Below, one piece after another: positions 29,420-38,984 of a stretch of DNA of 64,000 nucleotides. Under the pieces are notes generated by a model. That model was not told where the DNA came from. It worked only from the letters and a program-made list of their open reading frames with translations, and searched no databases. Each line of letters begins with the position of its first letter. Positions within the stretch are counted from its first letter, which is position 1. A program made the position numbers and the translations under genes. Source of the stretch: Gemmatimonadales bacterium (GTDB lineage: Bacteria; Gemmatimonadota; Gemmatimonadetes; Gemmatimonadales; GWC2-71-9); the NCBI GenBank assembly GCA_037189525.1, contig JBBCJC010000002.1:256001-320000 (forward strand), in the 5' to 3' direction.

Positions 29420-30460
29420 TTAGGTTACCCCGTCAGGGCCTACCCACAACTCGACTCGCTCGATCGATCCGTCGTGACCTGCAATTGCGTTCCTTCCCGC
29501 ATCTTTGGCAAATCGTTTCGCCTCAGCCGCAATTGATAGTGCCTCGTCCTCAGTCATTGATGATCCAGAAGGTAGCTCACAGACCCCCATCGATATCGTC
29601 GGCCGCTCGTTAAGTTGGTGATACTCCGCTGACGCTAATGATGACCGAACCCGAAGCAGCAACGGAAGCACGACAGATTTGGGTGAATTTGGCAAAAGAG
29701 CAACAAACTCATCCCCACCGAATCGATAGACCACCCCATGGCCGAAAAAACCCGATTCTATGATCCGCATTAGTTTAGGCAAAATCACTCGGTCAACGAC
29801 GGGTTCCGTAAGGGCCGAGTTGAAGAGTTTGAAATTGTCGACATCGATGAACACAACAGAGACAGGTAAACGTCTGCTATCACAATCATCCCTAAGCAAG
29901 GGGAGATCTACCCAGAGCTGTGACGGTGCCAAGAAAATGCCGTGCTTTGGATCGTATGCCTTGACAACAGATGTGCCAACTGGGGTACTGGCACTCAGGC
30001 ACTGCGCCGTGAGATAATCTTGAGCACGAGGGATACGAACTGAGAGGGCAGTTGTAAACCATTCTTGACGCGAGAAATAGCGGAATGGTTCCAACCGTTC
30101 ATCGAGTGCCGTAAGCATCTCTGGATGCTGCGTGTTTCGTCGATACCCGTCAACTTGCCTCGCGATAAGGCGCCGCTCATACAGGATAACCGTCTTTAGA
30201 ACACTCACCATGCCTTGCGGTAAGGCGAGATCGCCACTAGAAGTCCTTCCTCGGTTCACTGTATCCGCGAGCTGAATCAACAAATCTGAAAGGAAAGAGG
30301 CATCCGCAGGTTGGGGAGTACCGCTACCCAGAGCTTCTGACAGCCGATGCTGAAGGAAGCCAAGTTCCTGATTCAGCGAGGAAGCCGCATTGACAACCAG
30401 ATCGAAGTACTGCCTTGGAATGGCTATGACCTCCATACGACCCCCATCAATCGAGAACAA
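29420..30460 (-). CDS. GGDEF-domain protein (probable diguanylate cyclase) with unknown N-terminal helical domain
   Basis: IDVDNFK, YRFGGDEF, TISMGV, AKDAGRN; visibly lower GC than its neighbours; alternative start at ATG 30436. Confidence 0.85.
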   Translation of the reverse strand: MFSIDGGRMEVIAIPRQYFDLVVNAASSLNQELGFLQHRLSEALGSGTPQPADASFLSDLLIQLADTVNRGRTSSGDLALPQGMVSVLKTVILYERRLIARQVDGYRRNTQHPEMLTALDERLEPFRYFSRQEWFTTALSVRIPRAQDYLTAQCLSASTPVGTSVVKAYDPKHGIFLAPSQLWVDLPLLRDDCDSRRLPVSVVFIDVDNFKLFNSALTEPVVDRVILPKLMRIIESGFFGHGVVYRFGGDEFVALLPNSPKSVVLPLLLRVRSSLASAEYHQLNERPTISMGVCELPSGSSMTEDEALSIAAEAKRFAKDAGRNAIAGHDGSIERVELWVGPDGVT

Positions 30461-30561
30461 GGACCGATGCTCTCAGCGACATATCGACCCGCACCCTCGA
30501 TCGAAAGCACCGATAACCCTCTGTCTGTATTTATAACGACCGACTCGATCGACAGCTCCAT

Positions 30562-30764
30562 TTAGTAACCAGGACGAGCCGGACGCACCTGACCCACAAC
30601 GCCATCAAGTAGCGCCCCGACCTCCTTGCGCAGCTGTATAGCGCGCCGCGACCGCCGGTGTTGAAGCTTTGCGAAGATCTCAGCTAACATGAGGCGTTTC
30701 GAACGATTCGCGAAAACCATCTCTTCAAGTTCGTAGATGGTATGCTCGATATAGGTCGCACCAT
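30562..30764 (-). pseudogene. Small helical protein, apparently with a 1-nt frameshift near the start
   Basis: MVRP followed by a frameshift into YIEHTIYELEEMVFANRSKRLMLAEIFAKLQHRRSRRAIQLRKEV; alternatively a 52-aa ORF from ATG 30720. Confidence 0.3.
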
Positions 30765-30847
30765 GAAAGCCTCTTCGTCATGTCAGATCCCATGATGAAC
30801 CGATTCCACCAGGACCGAGCCGGGTGGACAAGGTTCATATGACCAAT

Positions 30848-30995
30848 CTACTCGCTCTCGAACTCATGGCTCGTGAACTTGAGCGTCCGGCTGTTCTCCG
30901 TGACCACACGGATAGTCTGTTCGCTCGCCCCGTTCGGGAGGCGAGCTTCGATTTCTAGCGTCACCGACACCTCTGCTCCTGGTTGGCCAGCCATG
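30848..30995 (-). pseudogene. C-terminal remnant of a DUF499-type AAA+ ATPase
   Basis: AGQPGAEVSVTLEIEARLPNGASEQTIRVVTENSRTLKFTSHEFESE* matches the C-terminus I recognise from DUF499 ATPases; the rest of the gene is absent. Confidence 0.75.
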
Positions 30996-31024
30996 ACGAG
31001 GGTGTCCCGAAGGCCCCGTACGCC

Positions 31025-31061
31025 ACGAAGGGCGAACCGCAACTCCGCGTTCGCCCTTCGT
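31025..31061. terminator. Hairpin after the kinase gene (probable terminator)
   Basis: Perfect 13-bp inverted repeat ACGAAGGGCGAAC/GTTCGCCCTTCGT. Confidence 0.55.
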
Positions 31062-31111
31062 CGTTTCGCCCCTGCCAGGGCGCGGGCCCCCGATCCGGCC
31101 GGTCCACAGAA

Positions 31112-33733
31112 CTATCGGGGGGTCGTCAGGGAATCGAAACGCGGGTGTCCATGCAGCGGCAGGAAGACCGGATCGAACCGGAGCGCCGGCGCGCCGATGA
31201 TCCAGGATTGCGGCCGCCCATATGTTTCGACCAGCAGATCGATGGCCTCCGACGGCTTTCCCGCCAGCACGGCAATCCGCGCCCGGATCAGCGCGATGTA
31301 GTCCCCCATGACGAGGTCTTCTGTCGCGGTCAACCGGGGAGCCGCCTCGATGACCCGGATCGCCTCGCTCCGACGCCCGACATAAGCCAGGGCCAGAGCC
31401 TGCAGCGCCCGAAACTGAGGATCGGTACTGGCCCGGTCCGCCCGAACGGCAAAATGGCGCGCCGCCTCCGCAGCCCACCGGACCACGGCTGCGCTGTCAC
31501 GCCGCTGCGCGAAGATCTCCGCAAACGCCAGCGCCCGACTGCCCGAGTCGTTGTCGAACAGCGCCACCGGCGCCGTCATGACCGTGTCCTGCTGCCCGGG
31601 CGTGAGCACCCAGTAGAGATCGTCGTACATCGCAAGCTGCGCGAACAGGAGTTGCCGATCCGTGTCCGGCGGCGCATCGGCCACCACCTGCCGCGCCTGC
31701 TCGAGGTCGCCCAGACCAAGATGGGATCGGACGAGATACTGGAGCACCTCGCCGTTCGACGGCGCCACCAGTTGGGCTCGGCGGAGGATCCGCAGCGCGT
31801 CCGCGGGACGGCGCAGCGCGAAATACAGTGTGGCAAGACTGCGAGCGCTCCGGACGGACCGCGGATCGAGCAGATGGGCCCGCTCCGCCATCGCCAACCC
31901 TTCCTCGGCCCGCCCCGCATTGAAGAGGATCCTGCCCGCCAACCGAAGGAAATCGGCGTCGGCGCCGTGCCGGATCATCCCCTCCTTCACGATCTCCGTC
32001 GCGGCAGCGTAGTCCAGACGGCTGTTCATATCGGCCAGTCGGGCGCGATAGGTCAGCGAACTGGTGGGCGCAAAGCGCATCGCCCGAGCCAGCGCATCCC
32101 GAATCTTGGCCGAATCCTCTCCCTGCACCTCCAGCGGGTACAGCGCCAGGATCCGGAACGCCAGCGCGGCCCAGGCCTCGCCGAACGTACTGTCTCGGGC
32201 CACCGCCTGGCGGTAGTACTCGATCGATCGCTGAATACTCGACCAATCGTTCCCGATGATGGCGCCCCCCTTGAGGTACAGGTCGTACGCCGCTAGATCC
32301 GCAGTCGGCTGCACGACCAGCTCTCTCTGCTCGGCCGTACTCAAGGCCAGGTGCAGCGCCTCGGCCACCCGCCCCGCGATCTCGCCCTGGACCTGGAAGA
32401 CATCCGTGAGCGGCGCGTCGAAGGGCTGCTGCCAGCGGCTCCGATCCCGGCCGTCGGCAATCTCGATCAGCTCGGGATTGACCTGGACACGACTGCTGCC
32501 GTCCGGCTGGCGTGCCCACCTGACGGTACCGGTGAGGAGAAAATCGACGTCGAGCTCCTCGGCAATCTGTTTGGGTGACAGGACAACCGCCTGGTACTGC
32601 GAGCTGGCCCTGGCAATCACTTCCAGCCCGACGAATCCGATCAGCTTGCCGCGGATCGCATCCGACACACCCTCGGCAAAGTAGGCATCGGACGGCTCGC
32701 CCTGATTCTCGAAGGGAAGCACGGCAATCCGCAGGCTCCGCTCCGCTGCCGGCGTCGGCGCCCCGCCGCCGCGCAGACCACGTACGAACACCGCGCCGAG
32801 CGCCAGCACGGCCACGAACCCCGCGCCGACGGCAAACCGGAACATCCGCTTGCTGCGCAATGATGCTCCGGACGCCCGGACTGTCGCGCCGGGCGCCTCC
32901 ACCGCACCCTGGAGGGCGCGGGCCAGCTCGCCCGTCGTGGCAAACCGGTCGGCCGGAACCGGGGCCAGCCCCCGCTCGATCAGCGCCTCGAGCGCCGGTG
33001 GCACGCTGGGCCGCACCTCGCGGATCCGCGGCGCGTTGCCTTGGAACCGCTTGGCGATGACGGCCTGCGCCGTCGGGCCAGTGAACGGCGGCTCGCCGGC
33101 CAGGAGTTCGTAAAGCACGGCGGTGAGGCTGTACACGTCCGTGCGCGGATCGAGCGCCGCCTCGCCGCTCGCTTGCTCGGGACTCATGTAGGCCGGCGTC
33201 CCGATCGCGAGGCCGGTGCCGGTGACCCGGTCGTCCGCCCCGGTCAGGGCGCGGGCAATCCCGAAGTCCGCGACGAGGGTGTCGCCCTCCGTCGTGAGGA
33301 GGATGTTCTCCGGCTTGATGTCCCGGTGAACTACCCCTTCCCGGTGGGCATGATCCAGCGCCCGGGCCGCCTCGGTCACGATGCGCACCGCGTCGGCCAC
33401 CGGAAGCTGCCGCTCGCGCTCCAGCCGGGCACGGAGCGATTGCCCCTCGATGTAGGGCATCGTGAACCAGAGCAGCCCGCCGGCGTCGCCCGAATCGTGG
33501 ACCGTCAGGATGTGGGGATGCTGCAACCGCGCGGCGAGCCGGATCTCCCGCTGGAACCGCTCGACGCCGAGCGCTTGCGCCAGCTCCGCATGGAGCACCT
33601 TGAGCGCCACGGGTCGCTCGTGCTTGAGGTCGCGGACCAGATAGACCGTGGCCATGCCGCCCCGGCCGAGCTCGCGCTCGATCCGGTAGCGGTCCTGGAG
33701 GGCTTGGACGAGGATTGCCGGGAAATCAGCCAC
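31112..33733 (-). CDS. Ser/Thr protein kinase with TM, TolB-N-like (IAVLPF) and TPR domains
   Basis: LGRGGMATV, VALK, HRDIKPEN, DFG, GTPAYMSPEQ; IAVLPFEN; TPR-like helices. GTG start at 33733 inferred. Confidence 0.93.
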   Translation of the reverse strand: MADFPAILVQALQDRYRIERELGRGGMATVYLVRDLKHERPVALKVLHAELAQALGVERFQREIRLAARLQHPHILTVHDSGDAGGLLWFTMPYIEGQSLRARLERERQLPVADAVRIVTEAARALDHAHREGVVHRDIKPENILLTTEGDTLVADFGIARALTGADDRVTGTGLAIGTPAYMSPEQASGEAALDPRTDVYSLTAVLYELLAGEPPFTGPTAQAVIAKRFQGNAPRIREVRPSVPPALEALIERGLAPVPADRFATTGELARALQGAVEAPGATVRASGASLRSKRMFRFAVGAGFVAVLALGAVFVRGLRGGGAPTPAAERSLRIAVLPFENQGEPSDAYFAEGVSDAIRGKLIGFVGLEVIARASSQYQAVVLSPKQIAEELDVDFLLTGTVRWARQPDGSSRVQVNPELIEIADGRDRSRWQQPFDAPLTDVFQVQGEIAGRVAEALHLALSTAEQRELVVQPTADLAAYDLYLKGGAIIGNDWSSIQRSIEYYRQAVARDSTFGEAWAALAFRILALYPLEVQGEDSAKIRDALARAMRFAPTSSLTYRARLADMNSRLDYAAATEIVKEGMIRHGADADFLRLAGRILFNAGRAEEGLAMAERAHLLDPRSVRSARSLATLYFALRRPADALRILRRAQLVAPSNGEVLQYLVRSHLGLGDLEQARQVVADAPPDTDRQLLFAQLAMYDDLYWVLTPGQQDTVMTAPVALFDNDSGSRALAFAEIFAQRRDSAAVVRWAAEAARHFAVRADRASTDPQFRALQALALAYVGRRSEAIRVIEAAPRLTATEDLVMGDYIALIRARIAVLAGKPSEAIDLLVETYGRPQSWIIGAPALRFDPVFLPLHGHPRFDSLTTPR

Positions 33734-33895
33734 GAGCCCAAATATGAGACCGGGACGGATGAGCCGGAAGGGCATGCCCGGACAGCTCGAGCCCTTCCGT
33801 TATCACCGGCACCAAGCCGCTTTACTCCGTCGCCTGTTCGAGGTCAGACGTCATCGGTCCCTTCGAGTCGAACCTTCCGAACAGTTGCCGTCAGA

Positions 33896-34741
33896 CTAGC
33901 CGAGTGCAGCGCGTACGGCCACCGACACCGGGGTCGTCGGGTGACCGATCAGCGCCGAAAGCTGTCGGCTCTCGTCGAAGAGCGCGCCGTTCGCGGTCGC
34001 AACGTCCCACCCCGCAATCACCCCCGCGAAACCCTCCGGCACCCCATGACTCGCCAGCGCCGCAGCATAGTCGGCTGCGGACAGGTTCCGATAGGGAATT
34101 TCTTTGCCCACCTGACGGGAGATCTCTGCCGCCAGATCCGCAAGCGTATAGGCGGTGTCGCCGGCCAGCTCGTAGGTTTTGCCCTCGTGCCCCGCACCCG
34201 TCAGCACGGCTACCGCCGCATCGGCATAGTCGGCCCGTGCCGCGGAGGCAATCTTCCCGTTGCCCGCGCTGCCGATCAGCGCCCCGCCCGCCACCGCGCC
34301 GGCAATCGACCCGGCGTAGTTCTCATGATACCAGCCGTTCCGGAGAATGGTGAACGGAATCCCAGACGCTTTGAGGATCTGCTCGGTCTCCCGATGCTCA
34401 ACCGCCAGGTCGAGTGGTGAGGTGTCGGCATGAAGCAGGCTGGTGTAGACGATCCACCGGACACCCGCCTGCTTCGCAGCCGCGACCACGTTGCGGTGCT
34501 GCGGCAGCCGCTGCCCGAATTCGCTCGACGAGATGAGCAGCAGCGTGTCCACCCCCGCCAGCGCCGCCCCCAGCGTCTCGGTGCGCGCATAATCGGCCGC
34601 GCGGACCGGGACGCCCAGATCGGCCCCCTTCTCCGGCGACCGGGCCAGCGCCACGATATCGGACGCCGGCAGCTTCCCTTTCAGTTTATCGATGACGAGG
34701 CGACCCAGCTGGCCGGTGGCCCCGGTGACGGCGATGGTCAT
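33896..34741 (-). CDS. qorB: NAD(P)H:quinone oxidoreductase, QorB/YtfG-like (NmrA/SDR)
   Basis: MTIAVTGATGQLG, LLLISSSE.GQR..QH, LRNGWY.EN, YELAGD. Confidence 0.88.
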   Translation of the reverse strand: MTIAVTGATGQLGRLVIDKLKGKLPASDIVALARSPEKGADLGVPVRAADYARTETLGAALAGVDTLLLISSSEFGQRLPQHRNVVAAAKQAGVRWIVYTSLLHADTSPLDLAVEHRETEQILKASGIPFTILRNGWYHENYAGSIAGAVAGGALIGSAGNGKIASAARADYADAAVAVLTGAGHEGKTYELAGDTAYTLADLAAEISRQVGKEIPYRNLSAADYAAALASHGVPEGFAGVIAGWDVATANGALFDESRQLSALIGHPTTPVSVAVRAALG

Positions 34742-34792
34742 GCGTTCCTCCCTGAGTTCACAGTTGACGACACGACCAATGGATAAGAGATT

Positions 34793-34811
34793 TACTTACC
34801 TTTCGTAAGTA
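34793..34811. promoter_or_regulatory. Palindromic operator of the HxlR-family regulator
   Basis: TACTTAC-CTTTC-GTAAGTA between the divergent qorB-like and qorR-like genes. Confidence 0.7.
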
Positions 34812-34837
34812 CGCACAAATTTGTTAGTGGTGTCGCC

Positions 34838-35272
34838 ATGTCGCCTCAAACAACCGACGCCGATCCACCCGTCGGCATCTCAATCCGGATGGCCCGCGGC
34901 GATGTCCTGGCCGCCGCCTGCCCCTCCCGAGTCGTACTCCGGCACCTGACCAGTCGTTGGGGCGTCCTGGTACTGATCGCGCTGCAGTCGGGAACCCACC
35001 GATTCAGTGATTTGCGCCGGAAGATCGGCGGCGTCAGTGAGCGGATGCTGGCCCAAACCCTCCAGTTCCTGGAAGCTGACGGCATCATCGACCGCCGAGA
35101 TTATCAGGCCGTGCCGCCACGAGTGGAGTACACCCTCACGCCGCTTGGTGTGGAGGCGGCCGACAAGGTGGCTGCACTAGCCGATTGGATCGAGGTCAAT
35201 TTGCCGCGCATCACCGGATTGCAGGAGACGAATCTGCCAGCTGCCAAGGGTGAAGTAGCGGTCCGCAGCTGA
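34838..35272 (+). CDS. HxlR-family winged-helix regulator, QorR/YtfH-like
   Basis: CPSR.VL.HLTSRWG, RFSDLRR..GGVSERML.QTL, VPPRVEYTLTPLG. Confidence 0.9.
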   Translation: MSPQTTDADPPVGISIRMARGDVLAAACPSRVVLRHLTSRWGVLVLIALQSGTHRFSDLRRKIGGVSERMLAQTLQFLEADGIIDRRDYQAVPPRVEYTLTPLGVEAADKVAALADWIEVNLPRITGLQETNLPAAKGEVAVRS

Positions 35273-35285
35273 TCCCGACTACCGA

Positions 35286-36464
35286 TTGGCGCAACCGACG
35301 ACCGAGGCGCATATTCCGGCATCTCCGGCTCGGTCATCCCGCGTGGATCCTTCCAGCAGAGCCCCCGCAGCGCCCCGCCCGCCCTACCATGCCGTAGGGT
35401 TGAGCAAGTTCGCGGTGCTCAGCGTCGCCAGCTTCGGATTCTATCTCCTCTACTGGTTCTACCAGCAGTGGCAGCACGAACGCGCCCGAACCGGCGAAGA
35501 CCTCTGGCCGTTCGTCCGCGCGTTCTTCTCGGTCATCTTCGCTTACTCGCTGTTCAGCCGGGTGCGCGACTACGGCGAGTTCGCCCGGGTCACACCGCTG
35601 CGAGGCGCCAGTATCCTGGCGCTCGGCTACTTCACCTTCAGCGTGCTCTGGAACCTGCCGGCCCCGTACTTCCTCGTGGGGACCATCGCCGCCATCATCC
35701 CGCTGCCTGTGCAGGCAGCCATCAACCGGATCAATCACGCCGTCGCACCCGGCGCCGATCCCAATCGCCGCTACTCGGCGTGGAACGGCGCACTCATCAT
35801 GGTGGGGGTGCTCGTGTACAGCCTCCTGATCGTGGGTGTGTTCATGACGCCCGAGGTCACCACCGAACCAACCGTCGTCGTCGCCTCCGACCAGCAGAGC
35901 CAGCTGACTGTCCCCGCCGGCTGGGTCATCGATGCGGACCTGCATGACGACGCCGAAATCGAAGTCGCCGATCTGAAGGGGGGCGCCTTCCTGCTCGTGC
36001 TCACCGAGGCCAAGAGCGACTACGCCGACGACCTCGACTACCGCGATCACAGCCGCCTGACGCTCGAATCGATCCTGGAAGACTCGGATGACGGTGAGCC
36101 TATTGCCGGGCCCGTCGATCTGACCATCAACGGGCGCCGCGCCGTGCAGTACGAGTTCGTGGTGACCTCCGACCGTCTTCGCATCGCCTACCTGCACACC
36201 ACGATCGACGGGACGGAGTCCTTCTATCAGATCGTCGCATGGTCGGTCCGATCGGCCTTTGACGCCAACCGGGAGGCGCTCCAGGAGATCATCCGAAGCT
36301 TCGCGGAAACGGGCAAAGGCTCCCCGGTCCGGGTCCGGTCGTCCGCCCTGCCATGGCGGCCCGAGTCGACGCCAGTTCCATCGCTTATATCAGCGGCATC
36401 CCACACCGCTCTTCATGGCGAGGGCTACAGCGGATCGGTACCCTCGCTCAGCGTCGCGAGGTAG
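35286..36464 (+). CDS. Membrane protein (4-5 TM) with soluble C-terminal domain
   Basis: FGFYLLYWFYQQW TM module plus PsbP-like C-terminal region; the tail overlaps the Fic gene and looks non-native. Confidence 0.65.
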   Translation: MAQPTTEAHIPASPARSSRVDPSSRAPAAPRPPYHAVGLSKFAVLSVASFGFYLLYWFYQQWQHERARTGEDLWPFVRAFFSVIFAYSLFSRVRDYGEFARVTPLRGASILALGYFTFSVLWNLPAPYFLVGTIAAIIPLPVQAAINRINHAVAPGADPNRRYSAWNGALIMVGVLVYSLLIVGVFMTPEVTTEPTVVVASDQQSQLTVPAGWVIDADLHDDAEIEVADLKGGAFLLVLTEAKSDYADDLDYRDHSRLTLESILEDSDDGEPIAGPVDLTINGRRAVQYEFVVTSDRLRIAYLHTTIDGTESFYQIVAWSVRSAFDANREALQEIIRSFAETGKGSPVRVRSSALPWRPESTPVPSLISAASHTALHGEGYSGSVPSLSVAR

Positions 36465-37588
36465 CGATCGTAGACAAAAAGCCGGTTCCGCCGTTGACCG
36501 GTGCGCTCGCGCGCAATACCCAACTCTTCCAGCAGTTTCATCGCCGAAGCAACGGCCGGGAATGAAAGTCCGGTTGCTACGCTTACTCCCGACAGTGTAC
36601 CGATTGGACGTGCTTTGAGTGCGTCATGCACCCGGAGCGCGGAATTCGCCCGCCGACCCTGTTGTTCGACCCGCTCGCGATCATCACGGAACATGCTATC
36701 CAAGCGCTGTGCCGTTTCAACCGCACTCTCCGCGGTGACCCGAACACCCTCCAGGAAGAAGGTGAGCCAAGCCTCCCAATCGCCATCCTGACGGACCAGA
36801 TCGAGAAGTCGGTAGTAGTCCGCACGATGTTGCTTGAAGTACAAACTGAGGTACAGCAATGGCTCACGAAGGACGCCTGCATGACAGAGAAGCAACGGGA
36901 TCAGCAACCGGCCCACACGACCATTGCCGTCCAGAAACGGATGGATCGTCTCGAACTGCACATGCACAAGCCCGATTTGCACCAGAACCGGCAGATCCTC
37001 GCCCTCACCGTGCATGAATCGCTCGAGGGCCGCCATAGCCCCCTCGACTTCAGTATGAGGAGGCGGGACAAACACTGCGTTCCCGGGCTGACTCCCGCCG
37101 ATCCAGTTCTGAGAGCGGCGAAACTCACCCGGCAGTTTGCCGCTACCCCGACCGCGCGAGAGAAGCACACCGTGTATCTCACGAATCAGACGATTGGAAA
37201 CCGGGAATCCATCCCGCAAACGCGCCAGCCCGTGATCCAGGGCCGCAACGTAGTTCGAAACCTCGACGACGTCGTCGAGCGGAACCCCTGGCGCCTCGTC
37301 CAACTCATGCAAGAGGAGATCAGACAGCGAGGATTGGGTTCCTTCGATCTGAGAAGAAAGGACCGCTTCTTTACGAACGTAGGTGTAAAGAAAGAGCGAC
37401 TTATTCGGGAGTAAGGTCGATACCCCGTCGAGCCGACCAGTAGCCAGAACGGCCGACTCGAGCGCGCGTTGGAGTTCGGAACCGATAACGAGAGACGGCA
37501 CCGGCGGCAGGGGCGCCGGAATGAACGCCCGATAGGATTCGCCACCGATCGTAGCAGCCTCGTACCGACCCGTTTCACCGCGCTTCAT
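36425..37588 (-). CDS. Fic family protein with C-terminal HTH
   Basis: EAVLSSQIEGTQ, PGEFRRSQNWIGG, HPFLDGNGRVGR Fic motif. Confidence 0.93.
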   Translation of the reverse strand: MKRGETGRYEAATIGGESYRAFIPAPLPPVPSLVIGSELQRALESAVLATGRLDGVSTLLPNKSLFLYTYVRKEAVLSSQIEGTQSSLSDLLLHELDEAPGVPLDDVVEVSNYVAALDHGLARLRDGFPVSNRLIREIHGVLLSRGRGSGKLPGEFRRSQNWIGGSQPGNAVFVPPPHTEVEGAMAALERFMHGEGEDLPVLVQIGLVHVQFETIHPFLDGNGRVGRLLIPLLLCHAGVLREPLLYLSLYFKQHRADYYRLLDLVRQDGDWEAWLTFFLEGVRVTAESAVETAQRLDSMFRDDRERVEQQGRRANSALRVHDALKARPIGTLSGVSVATGLSFPAVASAMKLLEELGIARERTGQRRNRLFVYDRYLATLSEGTDPL

Positions 37589-37774
37589 CGTACTCCCTTG
37601 TTAAGTGTTGCTGAATACGGCTCAACACTATTAATACTTAGACATCAAAATATCAATAACACGAACATGAGCGATAGATAAATTATTGATCAAGATATAT
37701 TATTTATATGAGATATATTATATATACACGTACGATACATATCCTTTCTGCCACGACCGCCTGGTGAAATTCGC

Positions 37775-38734
37775 ATGAACGAGCCAACGGAACTTCACTT
37801 TGCCGATGACCTCCGCCAGTCGACCATCGACTTCCTCTGGCGTCAGTGGCACACCGTCGGCGCCACCACGACCGGGGGCGCGCCGACTCGAGCCATCATC
37901 GACCCCGAAGCCCTGATCCTGATGTCACTCTGGATGATGGAGTACGAACGCCGCCTGGCGGACCTCGTTACCTCCTGGGTCCATCACAACTCGGCACTCA
38001 TCAGCATCCAGCGCCTCGGCAACCTGCGCAGCGAGCTGCCTCCGATCGTCGCGCGCCGGCTGGCCGGGCTGGCTGCCCAGCGAACCGACGAGGCCAAGGA
38101 CATCCGATGGCGTTCGCTGCGCATGGACGACGCCGAAGACCTCGGCCCGCGCGGCAACAAAATCCGCGCCGTCACGCCTCGCCTGACCTCGTGGGCGACC
38201 TTGATGATTCAGCTCCGGATGGGAATGGGCGTCGGTGCCAAAGCCGACGTCCTCACCTTCGTGCTCGGCCTCAACCTCCATCCACTCGAGTGGGCCAGCG
38301 TAGCCACGATCGCCGATGCCGTGGGCTATACGCCCGCTGCCGTTCGGCGCGTTGCCGACGACCTGGCCGGTGCCCGATTCATCCGCGCACTGGAAACCGC
38401 CAATTCAGATCAGGGAACCCGAATGTTCAGCGGCACTCCCGCCACCTGGGCAGGTACCCTCGGTATCAGCCACGTCACACCGGGGTGGGGCTACTGGCGG
38501 GAACGCTACCGGTTCATCATCGACGTGCTTTCCTGGCACGATCGGGAGCGCAATGACCCAACCACCGCCTACGCCAGGGATGTCGCGGCTCGTGAGATCC
38601 TCCTGCGCCATCGGACGGCACTACGGAAGGACTGGATCACCGAACCCCTCGACGCACAGGGTGCCGAACTGAATCTCCAGTATCTGGAGTCTGCCTCGAG
38701 AGCGCTCGTCGTCTTCTGGAAGAATCAGGGCTAA
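37775..38734 (+). CDS. Hypothetical protein with internal winged-HTH-like segment
   Basis: 319-aa ORF with good coding bias; SVATIADAVGYTPAAVRRVADDL HTH-like segment. Confidence 0.7.
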   Translation: MNEPTELHFADDLRQSTIDFLWRQWHTVGATTTGGAPTRAIIDPEALILMSLWMMEYERRLADLVTSWVHHNSALISIQRLGNLRSELPPIVARRLAGLAAQRTDEAKDIRWRSLRMDDAEDLGPRGNKIRAVTPRLTSWATLMIQLRMGMGVGAKADVLTFVLGLNLHPLEWASVATIADAVGYTPAAVRRVADDLAGARFIRALETANSDQGTRMFSGTPATWAGTLGISHVTPGWGYWRERYRFIIDVLSWHDRERNDPTTAYARDVAAREILLRHRTALRKDWITEPLDAQGAELNLQYLESASRALVVFWKNQG

Positions 38735-38984
38735 GGGGTCATCGATCTGAGCCGAGGCACGCCAGAGCAAGTCGTTTGCTTACAACGACTTGCTGTGGTG
38801 AGACTCGCCTCGGAACCCTCGATCATTTCAATCCGGTCGATAGCACCCCGGGCGGCACCACCGCCCAACTTTGCCAGAGTTTTACTGGTTCACGCCTCAG
38901 CTGGTAAAAACACCCACCGGCCGGAGATGGCCGGAATGCCCGATGGCGTTACACTTCGCGAGCCCCCATGCGGAGGATCCGACC

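Noticed and set aside
29420..30460. Hypr-type (cGAMP-making) GGDEF assignment
   Set aside because: The Asp equivalent to PleD D344 appears retained (VVDR), whereas Hypr enzymes replace it with Ser or Thr.
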